NCBI RefSeq assembly: GCF_006345805.1
Contig: NC_043012.1
Location: forward strand, 5,456,001 to 5,520,000
DNA: 64,000 nt
Direction: 5' to 3'
Origin: Octopus sinensis
Taxonomy: Eukaryota
The first letter of the stretch is position 1, and each line of letters starts with the position of its first letter. A model generated the notes under the pieces. That model saw nothing but the letters and a program-made list of their open reading frames with translations, searched no databases and was not told where the DNA came from. Positions 1-12,645 of this stretch are shown here, in pieces. The position numbers and the translations under genes are program-made.

Positions 1-273
1 TATAGAGAAGGGTGTTAACTGGTTTACACTAATCCCCATATTTGACTGATACTTTATTTTATAGATCCTAGAGGGATGAAACATGAAGTTGACTTTGGAA
101 AGATTTGAACTCAGAACATAAAATGCTAGAACATACACCAAATGCATCTTGTCTGATGCTCTGACAGTTCTACCAATCCACAGCCCTTATATTTAACTTA
201 ATCAACAAAATACAAATGTTTCACTATTGAAATTTTAATTACGAAGGCGGTGCACTAATCAGTGATGAGTGAA

Positions 274-826
274 ATTGCAATGTTACTATCAGTCCAAATA
301 TGGCTTAATACACATTCGAACTGGGGAACAAGCTAGTCACTGCATTTTGTCATGGAGAATATATCTCGCTTGTTGACAAATGGTTTGTATATACCTAGAT
401 CAGCTCATAGTGCCACCTGTCTAGACTGTGAGATGCTAACATTTCAGGGTAGTTGTCTTTTCATTGGTCACAGACACCAAGCAGATGGCACTATGAGCTG
501 AATTAAGAGATTACCTCTCATATGCTTTTCCAGTCACTGTACGGTGACTGGCAGCACTATACGTTGGCTCACCATAAGTAAATTATGGAGGGGGAGTACT
601 AAGCTTGCAGTGTGGTCTGCTTAGTGTCTGTGACTAATGAGGAGACAACTGCTCCAAAATGTTAACATCTCACAGTCGAGGTAGGTGGTGCTGCAAGATG
701 ATATGGGTGTATGCAAACCATTTGTCAACAAGCAAGATATATTCCCCATGACGAAATGCAGTGAGTAGCTTGTTTCCCAGTTCAAACATGCACCAAGCAT
801 ATTCGGACTGATAATAGTATTGCAAT
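274..826. mobile_element. Old foldback/MITE with about 205-bp inverted arms (274-481 / 620-826)
   Basis: The arms align as reverse complements at roughly 80% (estimated by eye). Confidence 0.75.
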
Positions 827-943
827 GAAATTTTAATAGCAGCAACTTCAGATAATTTGGTACCAAAAAGATTAAAGCTGTGTGCAGATGATATGATGTA
901 ACTAGAACAGAGGCAGTCACAATGTTTATAGTTCATTACTACT

Positions 944-1268
944 GGCTGTGGTTAGAGCATTAGGCTCACAATCATCAGGTAGTGAGTTCAATTCTCGGAC
1001 TGGATTGTGTGTTGTGTTCTTGAGCAAGGCACTTTATTTCACATTACTCCAGTTCACTCAGCTGTAGAAATAAGTTGCGATATCACTGGTGCCAAGCTGT
1101 ATCAGCCTTTGCCTTTCCTTTGGATAACATCGGTGGCATGGAGATGAGAGGCTGGCATACATGGGCGACTGCTGGTCTTCCATAAACAATCTTGCCCGGA
1201 TTTGTGCCTCAGAGGGGAACTTTCTTGGTGCAATCCCATGGTCATTCATGACCAAAGGGGGTCTTTAC
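944..1268 (+). mobile_element. tRNA-derived SINE family A
   Basis: Pol III A/B-box-like head (gtggttagagc...gagttcaattc); other copies at 25111-25440 (+) and 36108-36368 (-). Confidence 0.85.
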
Positions 1269-1693
1269 TAGCTAACACATAAAGAGATATGAGAAGCCAG
1301 CCTAGTGTGAGTCTTTCCTGCAAGTATGCAGCTTCTCTCTTACTCACCAAAACTTCTCCCCATCATATCCACATCCTCACACTGTAATCCAAAGTTCTAC
1401 AGTCCAACTTGCCAGAGTATCTCAAAGCATGAGTGGGTTCTGGAGATACACTCTGCACACCTGCCATGGAGGATATACCCTGGCAATTATCAGTTGTGTC
1501 CCTGTTACCCTGTGTGTGAATCCAAGGAGACAAAAGTCTTTGGAGAAAAACAAGCTATGGCTCTATTCATCTCTCATGCAGTTATGGTCAAATTAAATTT
1601 TTCGGCAGCATCCTTTAATATGATATAGTGTATAAAATTCTCTACATTTAAAACCACTTGACATATTTCTTTCTCTAATTTCATGTTTTCTAG

Positions 1694-1734
1694 TTTGTAA
1701 GTCTCCACAGCACCGAAATATCCATGGTTTAACA
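1694..1734 (+). CDS. MAP2K5: MAP2K5 exon (x)[13 protein letters not shown]
   Basis: tttctag|...ACA|gtaagt; 41 nt; matches vertebrate ACKPPGERNIHGLK. Confidence 0.9.
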
Positions 1735-4639
1735 GTAAGTACTTTTGAAATATGCTATACTAAGGTGACTGTGTGTGAGAAAGAGAGGGCGGGGTGGGAG
1801 AGAATGCATGTTACAATCAGACAGGAGAACAGAATGGGTGTGTATGAAACCATGACAAAGTTGATATTTAAGCTCCATGCAGCCCTGCACAGCTTGTGTG
1901 TGTGTATCATCATCATTTAACTTCCATTCTCCATGCTGGCATGGGTTGGACAGTTTGACCAGGGCTGGCATGCTAGAAGGCTGCACCAGACTCCATTCTG
2001 ATTGTGCATGGTTTTCTACAGCTGGATGCCCTTCCTAACGCCAACCACTCCGGGAGTGTAATGGGTACTTTTACATGCCACTGGCACTGGTGCCAGTTGT
2101 GTGACACCAGTGTCTGCCGTGACTGTGATTTCACCAGGCTTGATGAGTTTTCTTCTCAAGCACGGCATGATGGCAAAGGTCGCCATCATTCAGCTTTGCT
2201 TCTGTGAGGCCCAACACTCAAAAGGAGCTTTTCACATGTCATCAGCATCGGCCACTTTGCCTTCCTGAAGCTCAATGCTTTTACGTGCCACTGACTTGGG
2301 TGCCAGCTATGCGACACCAGCATCAGCCACTTTGCCTTCCTGAAGCTCAATGCTTTTGCGTGCCACTGACATGGGTGCCAGCTATGCGACACCAGCATCG
2401 GCCACGACTAAGATTTAACTTGGCTTGGCGGATCTTCTCAAGCACAGCATATTGCCAAAGGTCTCAGTTACTAGTCATTGCCTCTGTGATGCCAAAAGTT
2501 TGAAGACCATGCTTCACCATTCTATCCTATGTCTAAGTGTTCTAAATAACATTAGATACTTGTCCTGCCTTAGTTTTTTGTTGTCCTTTTTCTTCTAATA
2601 TAAAATATACCTCCTAACTCAGAAGCCTAATACAGATCCGTTGCTTGCTCCAGCCTCAGCTGTGAACTCGGAACCTAACGGATGACCAATTATAGCACTT
2701 ACACAGCATGCCTATTCGTTTTGATCAGCAGTGAACTAAACTTCTCATATTCTTTATATATATATATATATACTAGCAGCTAAGCCCGATTTCACCCAGT
2801 CTGTTTGGATGATGTGGCTGTGATCGTTCTTGGTTAGGCATAATCTATAACAGCATCTCTCAACCTTATCATTTCGGGTCCCGTGTTTCTATTGGAGCCT
2901 TCAGCTGTATGAAAATTTCCTGGATTTCACCCTCCCATCAGAAGACAGCTTCAGGAGTTGTGAAAAACAAATTTGTACGTAGTCTGTTTCTGAGAGCCAT
3001 TCTATTAGACCTCTGTCTAATCATTAAAACATTGATTTAATTATGAACATAGAAAGAAATTATACATTAATCCCTATTTTTGTAAGCAGTTGTACCTGTA
3101 AAAAATTTTATTTGCAGAGAGCAGAAACTGAAAGAAGATATATGAAATGGAAGTGTGTGTGTGTGTGCATACTTGCGTGTGTGTATGTGAGAGAGAAAGA
3201 GGGTGAGAAAGAGAGATACAGTGAGTGAGTGAAGGTATGTGTCGTGATGACTGATGTCTTTTAAGGTAGGCACACATTCATAGAAAATGTGAGGTCATTG
3301 TATAAAATTTTTACGATAGTTGATTTATGGAAAAGATTATGTTAAATTTTTGAAATGAAAATTATGTTCAGACCTCTACATGGTATCTAGACCTGGTAGA
3401 AATAGCAACCAAATCTACCTCAAAACACCCTACTGTCTTAATCTGACAGTTCTGCCTATTATGTAGTTTGAATGAGAAACTGTAACTAAAGATTAAGATT
3501 ATTAACCCCACAAAGAGGTGAAAGAAGAGAAACAGTATAGCGAAAGTTTTGGCTCACTGTCATCCCGTACTGCCCTTGTTGCTAGCGAAATGGTATATGC
3601 CAGCTGTATGAGCAACTGGTTGTTTAATGGCAGAACAAACAGGAGAATTCCATTAGAAAATGTTTTAATCGATTTTCTCAGTAACTATGGGTGCTATGAT
3701 AAAAATACAAACCACATTCCAATCTATGTGCTTGTCTCCACATGTGTGCCATTTTTTATGTGAATCCACCCAGCTATTTGGCTGTGAACCTCAAGACAAG
3801 AAAGAATACAACGATCGACCATGTCCAATTTATATTATAGATATATATATACATATATATCCATGAGCCAGTGGCACATAAAAGGCACCATTCGAGTGTG
3901 ATCGTTACCAGCGTTGCCTTACTGGCACTTGAGCCCCGTGCTAGTAGGGTGCTAAGAGCACCATTCGAGCGTGATCATTGCCAGAGCGGTTAACTGGCTT
4001 CTGTGCCGGTGGCACGTAAAAGGCACCATTCGAGCGTGATTTTTACCAGCATCACCTTACTGGCACCTGTGCTGGTAGCATGTGTAAAAAAGATTCGAGC
4101 GATGTCATTGCCAGTACCGCCTGACTGGCCCCCGTGCCGGTGGCACGTAAAAGCACCCACTACACTCTCAAAGTGGTTGCCATTAGGAAGGGCATCCAGC
4201 TGTAGAAACTCTGCACGAACAAGATTGGAACCTGGTGCAGCCATCTGGTTCACCAGCCCTCAGTCAAATTGTCCAACCCATGCTAGCATGGAAAGCGGAC
4301 GCTAAACGATGTCTGTTTAATGTCTGTTTTCTATACCGGCATTGGTTGGACAGTTTGACTGGGGACTGGCAAGCCAGGAGGCTGCACCAGGCTTCAATTT
4401 GATCTGGCAATGTTTCTACAGCTGGATGCCCTTCCTAACACTCTGAGAGTGTAGTGGGTGCTTTTTACGTGCCACCGGCAAGCTTCTTTCAGTTTCTATC
4501 TACCAAACCCACTCACAAGGCCCTGGTCAGCCTGAGGCTACAGTAGAAGACATCCACCCAAGGTGTCACACAGTGGGACTGAAACCAGAACCATGTGGTT
4601 GGGAAACAAGCTTCCTACCATGCAGCCACGCCAGCACAC

Positions 4640-4677
<38 letters not shown>

Positions 4678-4819
4678 ATATTATATATATATATATATTA
4701 TATATATATATACACGCACACACATATATATATTTATATCATCATCATCATCATCATCATTTAATGTCCGTTTTCCAGGCTAGCATGGGTTGGATATATA
4801 TATGTATGTGTATGTATGT

Positions 4820-4879
<60 letters not shown>

Positions 4880-4887
4880 ATGTAAGT

Positions 4888-4945
<58 letters not shown>

Positions 4946-7783
4946 ATGTATGATTTTTATATATATATTAAAGGAGGCACATGCACTTTCACACACATAT
5001 ATATACACACAAGAGGAATTTCTCCTTACCAAATTCGATCACAAGGCTTCGGTCAGCCCAATGCTATAGCAGAAGACACTTTCCCACGGTGCCACACTGT
5101 GAGACTGAACCCCATACTAGCTGGCTGAGAAGCAAGCCTCCTAACCTCACACCCATGCCTGTGCCTACAAAATGTATAGACATATGCGTAGCACTATTTG
5201 TGTGGGAGGTTTTCTGCAGCTGGATGCCCTTCCTGATGCCAACCTACATCTGTTTTCAAACAAATTAATGTCTCTATTTATCTATCTCTATCTTCATCTA
5301 TCTCTACCTGTATCTATTTATCTATCTATCTATCTATTTGTCTGTCTGTCTGTTTGTTTATTTATTTGTCTATCTACTTTTAAATATATATCTATATTCA
5401 TATATATATATTTCTTTACTGCCCACAAAGGGGCTAAACATAGAGGGGACAAACAAGGACAGACAAAGGGATTAAGTCGATTACATCGACCCCAGTACAT
5501 AACTGGTACTTTATTTATCGACCCTGAAAGGATGAAAGGCAAAGTCGACCTCGGCGGAATTTGAACTCAGAACGTAACGGCAGACGAAATACGGCTACGC
5601 ATTTCGCCCGGCACGCTGACGTTTCTGCCAGCTCACTGCATGGCTGTGTGATTAAGAAGAATGCTTCCCAACCTTGTAATCTTGGGTTCAGTCCCATTGC
5701 GCAGCCCCTTGGGCAAGTGTTTTCTATTATAACCCTTGAACAACCAAAGCCTTGTCAGTGACAGACAGGAACTAAAAGAAACCAATCATATACATATATA
5801 TATATCTTTATATATATATACATACATATGCATATGAGAAACATGTTTGGCCAAGCAATATTACCTTGCTTGGAAACAGGTGAGGCTTGCCAGTGGAAAT
5901 CTGTAAAAAATCTGCTTCTACAAAATTCGCATGATGCTAACAAACACAATGATGATGGTGATGATATATACATTGTGTTTATGTGTGTGTGTGTGTGTGT
6001 GTGTATGTTACTTTCTCCTTGCTTTGACATCGTGCAATTGTTATAAATGAGTGTCTCTTTCATACACGCAGTGTTTTTCATTTCCAAACTTCTGTGGAAA
6101 CAAGTCTGGTCATGAGAGAAGCATTACGTTGGTCGGAAACAGGTGAGGGCATCAAGCTGTAGGAAATCTATCTCAACAAATTTCATCCTACCTATGTAAG
6201 CATAGAAAAGTGAACATTAAGACAATGCTGTTGATATTGATGATGATGATGATGACGATGAGGAGGAGGAGGAAGAGGATAGGTCAGTGCATCAGGTGAT
6301 CAAATTTATCAACCGAAGACAGGTCTTGGCAGGAAATGGTCAGTGATGGAATCTTTAATGCACTGGACATGTCCTACTCCATTGTCCTACATCTTTTCAA
6401 GTTCTGAGTTCAAATCTTGCATTTGGATTGGCCACCTTACCTGTCTTGTAGTGGCAGAAGAGGATGAAGAGTTGTGAATAGAATAAGTAGCAGTAACGCC
6501 CCCTACAAATCTGCACCCCTGTGTCAATGTAAGCAATTAGTGCCAAGGTTTTCTGAAAATCCATCCATCCGAAAGATCACCCATGGGCGTTTATTTGGAT
6601 GAGTGGTTATTTGTGGTTAAAAGTTGAAACAGAATTAGTGTTCTTGCTTGCATTCTGTTTAGACATTCATTTGCTCTACGTCTGTAGATAAATTCAAAGG
6701 GTTTTTATTCCCAATAATGGAGCCAAAAGAAAATATATCAAAACGTGTTCAACGATCATATACCATTTGTGAAAAATTTAGTGCTATTAAACTTCCATAT
6801 TACCGCCCATTATTATAGGTGGGCAATTATTTAAGCCACAAAACAGTTTTGTAAAATAGAATTTTCCGTTTAACCCTTTCGCTACCGTATTTATTTTGAG
6901 ATGCTCTGTGTTTCTTTTTATTACTTTAAATATAACAAAGAATTTAGTAAAACAACTTAGTTATCATTAAGCTAGTGTTAGGAACATAAATTGTGACTAA
7001 GGTTTGGTGGAAGATTTTAATTCAGAACTTTTGAAAAGAAGACATTTATACTACAGAGCCAGAGCTGGTTTTAGCCGGGTTGGTAACGAAAGGGTTAACA
7101 GCCCTGGACGGATTTTTCGGAAAACCCCAGTGTTTGTACATTTTTTGAACTGCTTGCAGGTGCTATTTCATGACTAATAATTAAACTTGATTCTGTTTTG
7201 GTGTTTGTGGTCAATGTTGATTCTGTTTTTGCTGTTGTTGTAGATAAACACGCGTCAGCTTCCTGTATCTTTTATCAGACTTATGAATGTACCAAAAAAA
7301 AAACGGTAAGCCAATGTTTGTGTTTTATTCTTTTGTTCTTTTATTTATTTCATGCTGGAGCACCACCTTTTTAGTCTAGAAAATCGACCCCAGGACTTAT
7401 TCTTTGTAAGCCTAGCACTTATTCTATCGGTCTCTTTTGCCGAACCGCTAAGTTATAGGGACGTAAAAACACCACCATCAGTTGTGAAGCAATGGTGGGG
7501 GACAAACACAGACACACACAAACATATACACGTAATATACACGTAATAGCACCATCCGTTCGTGGCCGTTTGCCAGCTCTGTCTGGCACCTGTGCAGGTG
7601 GCACGTAAAAAACACCCACTACACTCACGGAGTGGTTGGCGTTAGGAAGGGCATCCAGCCGTAGAAACACTGCCAGATCTGACTGGGCCTGACGAAGCCT
7701 TCCAGCTTCACAGACCCCAGTTGACCCGTCCAACCCATGCTAGCATGGAAAGCGGACGCTAAATGATGATGATGATGATGATG

Positions 7784-7814
<31 letters not shown>

Positions 7815-10800
7815 CAACGGTCTTCTTTTAGTTTCCGTCTACCAAATCCACCCTCAAGGCTTTGGTCGGCCCAAGGCTATAATAGAAGACACTTGCCTAA
7901 GGTGCCATGCAGTGGTACTGAACCCGGAACCATGTGATTGGTAAGCAAGCCACTTACCACACAGCCAATTCTGCATTTGTTATTGTTGGGTTTTTTTTTC
8001 TTTTGTGGGGGTGGGGATGGTGGATTCTGAGGATCGGGTTTAGTTGTAGGAATCGTGTCCTTGCCCTTTTTTCAATACTACAGAAGCCTTTCAGGATCAT
8101 TTTGCTCAGTGGTTCTCAACCAGGGTTCTTATAACCCTGAGAGGTCCATACGAGATTTTGTTGTTAAACTGTATTCTTTTTCTCATTTTGCTCAGTTGAC
8201 TTCAGCCATGCTGGAGCACTGCCTTGAAAGGTTTTAGTCGAACAAACCAAACCCTGCGACTTATTTTTTTAAGTTACAGGGACATAAACACAGCAACACT
8301 GGTGGTTAAGCAGTGATGGGAGAACAAACACAGGCCCACACACATAGTTTCTGTCTACAATATCCACTCACAGACTTAGGCCAGTCCAAGGCTATAGTAA
8401 AAGATACTTGCCCAAGGTGTCACTCAGTGAGATTGAACCTGGAACCATGTGGTTGGGAAGCAAGCTTCTTACCACACAACCACTCCTGTGCCTGTGTATG
8501 TATAATAAACTGGTTCTATTTCTTACAATACACAAAATATTCTAACAAATTTTTTTATACAATTCCTAATAATGTTTGATTTTTAAAATGTAACAGGATT
8601 TTATTTTTAGACACAGAATGGTTATTGGGGTCCACCTGAGTAAAATCGAAATCAAAGGGGCCTCTAGGCAAAAAGTGGTTGAGAGCCACCAATTTAGATC
8701 AATACAGCTCCTACTGATCATTCTCTCTCTCTCTCTCTCTCCTAAAAGTGAGTAACCATGTAGCTCCCTTATGAAAACCTGCTTGCTTCCTCCCTATTCC
8801 CTTTCTTTCATACTTTAACCCTTCATCTCCTCACATAAAGCTGCCCTCGCCTCCCTCCCACCCCCACCTATATTTCGTAGTCTTGCGACCTACACAGTGA
8901 CCTCACTAGTGTCGATGGCATCACAAGAGCACCCAGTACGCACTGTAGAACAGCTGGCATTAGGAAGGGGCATCCAGCCATGGAGACCATACCAAAGTAG
9001 ACCATGGAGCACACTGTGGTCCTTGAAACCATCAGATTCTGACAAAATTTCCAACTCATTCCAGTATGGAACATGGATATTAAATGTTGTTGTTGTCGTT
9101 GTCGGCGGTGGCGTTGTAAGGTCTAGTGGTTGGGGTGACACAATAAAGGGAAAAGAGAAGAGAAGGATGAATTAGGTGAGCCTTCAAAAAAGAAAGAAAA
9201 GCAACCAGTTCGAAAGAACAATGGCCCTTTGAGTTGTGGTACAAAAGACACAGTGAGGAAACTGTTGTGGGTGAATGGTTTGGAGTATGTTGTGGGTGAA
9301 TGGTTTGGAGATTGGTTCCATGAGACAAGGGTTTTTGTTGTTGTTGTTTAAATTCTTTGTCTCTGTGTTTCTATTCCCAGCTCTGCCCAAAATATCAAAG
9401 ACATTCTAGCATGTGGAAACATTGCAGAAGACGACCTGAAGGTCATAGAGATTATTGGTCTTGGAAGCAGTGGGAAGGTTAACAGGTTCGTATGTCCATG
9501 TTTCACCATGTAGCCTTTCTAATTTCATTTCTGTGAAGAGGAAAACTCTCTCTCTCTCACACACACACATGTGAGCCAATGAGGGAAATCTTTATGTTGT
9601 TTCACAACCTGCTAGAAATAGCAGCCAAATTACACTCTATTATCATACAGAAAATTTTTTTAAATGAAGAACATCTTGGATAATGTAGTTTAGCCATGTA
9701 ATCAGTATCTACAAAGATTGGAGTGCTATGGCTAGAATGCCCTTTAAGCACAGCTCAGCTCAACCAGGGCTGACCTTGGTCAAAACAGAAACACACAAAC
9801 ATATATGCATATTAAGTTATCCTGAACACTCAGATTGCTAGATTGTAAGTTGTGAGTTCAAATCCTATTGAATGCAGTATTAATTAATTGTTGATTTTAT
9901 TCTGTGTAATCCTGCCATGTTCTCTTCTGTCAGATTCCATTTTATTCAGCACTTAATTCTGTCATCTCTGTTTTATTCTACTCTCTGCCATGTCATTCTA
10001 ACCTCTCCCATCCAATTCCGTGATCCCTTATTTCTTTTCCATTATAATTCCTACTCTTCTTTTTATTAAAGTGGCTAACTGGCAAAATTGTTAGCATGCT
10101 AGACAAAATGCTTAGAGGCATTTCATCTATCTTTACATTCTGAGTGCTAGCAGGGGTGGGATGGTTTAACAAGAGCTGGCCAGGCAGACGCATGCACCAG
10201 ACTACTGTAACTGTTTTGGCAGGAATTTTACAGCTGGATGCTCTTCTTAACACCAACCACCCAGCAGAGTGGACTTAGAGTTTTTACATGTCACAAAGCA
10301 CAGGCAAGGTCAGTTTTGGTGAAGTTTTTAAATCTGGATGCCCTTCCAAACACCAATCACTTTACAGTGTGGACTGGGTGCTTTTAAGTGGTACCTGCAC
10401 TGACAGAGTCACCAAGTACTTGCAAAACAAAAAAAAGGAAATCTTTCAAGAGGGGAAGGGGCATTGGAGGAGGTGATCTTGTGTCAAATGATGAAAGGTT
10501 GTAGTGAGACAGAGAGAGACAGAAACAGGTGTCTTGTTGTAGAGGAAGAACAGGGTTACCCGGCGAGAGAGAGAGAAATGAAGACAGAAACAGGTGTGCT
10601 ACCACAAAGGAAATACATGGTTACCCAACCTGAGGGAAGTGCAGGAGAAGGAGAGAGAAAGTGGGAGACATCTGGATAGAGATGGTGGCAAAATGCCAGA
10701 CATACTCAAAAACGACATATAAATGGGATGGTTGAGTAAAGGAAGAGCGAGATATCGATGGTGGCAAGTTCCAGGGCATACCCTAAGGATCAAGCACCAC

Positions 10801-12607
10801 AATATAAGTGGCAGGATATTGCGAAGGAAGTGTGATTAAAGAATGCAAAGGATGGGGGGGGGGGGTGAAATCTTGGGTATATATAGAGTTGGGTGGGGGG
10901 CTACTGGATAGCAATGATACAGAGGAACAGGGCCGTGAGGACAGGATTGGGGAGTGAGAGCTAGGTATAATGTATGGAGGAAGAGATGTGGAGATGTAGA
11001 TTGGTTTGTTTGTTGGGGTAGGGTGAATGAAAAGTTTCCTTGTTACATGTGAGTGGAACACACAGGTCGGGGGCCATAGGAACGCAATGATACAGTGGCA
11101 CGGGGCCAAGAGGACAGGATTGGGACTGGGAGGTAAGCATAGTGCATGAAGTGGAAATGTGAGGAAGAGAAGAAATATATTGGGTTGGTGCATAATTATT
11201 GCAGCTTTTTTTCAACAAATTTTATTCACCAAAAACAATAACAACATGTAACAAAAACATCTTTAAATGATTGCTCTGGAGCATATTCACCATCTACTTC
11301 AATTACTGTTTCCCATTTGCTTGGCAGGCAGCCAGACTTTCATTTAAAGATGTTTTTGTTAAATATTGTTATTGTTTTTGTTGAATAAAATTTGCTGAAA
11401 AAAAGTTGCAATAATTTTGCACCAACCGAATAGTTTGGTCTGTTGTGGTAGGATGTGTGAGAAGTTTTCTTGTAAGTGTGGGTGAGACACACAGTGCTTC
11501 TACACACACATATATGTACATTTGTTTTTATATATGTGTTTGAGCCCCAACACAACTTGACAAGTGGTGTTTGTGTGTTTACATCCCTGTAACCTAGCAG
11601 TTCAGCAAAAGTGAGTGATAGAATAAGTACCAGGTTTAAAAGAATAATCTAAGTACTGAGGTTGATTCATTTGACTAAAAATTCTTCAAAGTGGTGCCCC
11701 AGCATGGCCACAGTCTAATGACTGAAATGAATAAAAGAAAGACAACAAAAGATATATATATATATTTTTATATATAAAACTAAAGTTGTGTGTGTGTCTG
11801 TCTACTCCGATTTAGATTCCTAACTACTCCCACAAAATTTAGAAGACTGACCACTAAAAGTGGACAGCCTGTATGCTAGATATAGACATCAAAATCGCCA
11901 TTTTCCACCAAGAATGGGTTCTTAAGAAAAAATGCAGCAAAAAACCAAAGTGTAAAAATAAGCAAGACAAATGAAAATATACAAAATAAAAAATGATTAC
12001 CAATGTACTAATTAGTTTCACTTGTTAATATTTACGTATATGGATACGTAAACATCTGCAAGATCATCAGCATAGTCTGTCGTTTACAAAACACAATTTC
12101 CAGAACTAAAATAATTTTATAAGAAACAATTCAGTACCGGTTTCAGTCATTGAGACTTTTTCAACTGTAAGTATGGAAAACAATTAAATTTTGGAAAAAT
12201 TAAAAGAAAAGTTTTTTTAAAAGAATATTTGCATATATTTATATAATTTCTTTGTTTTTGTTTTACAGAGCCCTGCATATGCCAACTCATAAAATAATGG
12301 CTGTGAAAGTAAGTATTTCCTTGAATTGTTCTTGTTGGTGTTGGGTTTAGATTGAAATCAACCCTGGCAGGGATGCAGAGTGAGCAAACTCATCATCAAA
12401 AGACATTCTCATTCTGACATTTTTCTTTGTGTGTATGTATGTGTGTGGCATACTCCAGATAACATTTTATGTATATCAATAAAGAAAAATATGTAATGAC
12501 TATTATTTATGCCTTGTCTCCTCCTCCTCTTCCTTATCATCATTGTCATCATCATTTTTATTCAAAGTGGACATTAAATGATGATGATGATGAGCAGGAG
12601 GAGGATG

Positions 12608-12645
<38 letters not shown>

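Noticed and set aside
2204-2503. Recurring [13 protein letters not shown]-type ORFs and an internally repeated 99-aa ORF
   Set aside because: They come from the antisense strand of a high-copy non-coding retroposon and its tandem units.
4538-4946. Long I/Y/H-rich ORFs here and at 25547-25984, 31320-31841, 34254-34592 and 35221-35518
   Set aside because: Translations of (TA)n, (CA)n and (CAT)n microsatellites.
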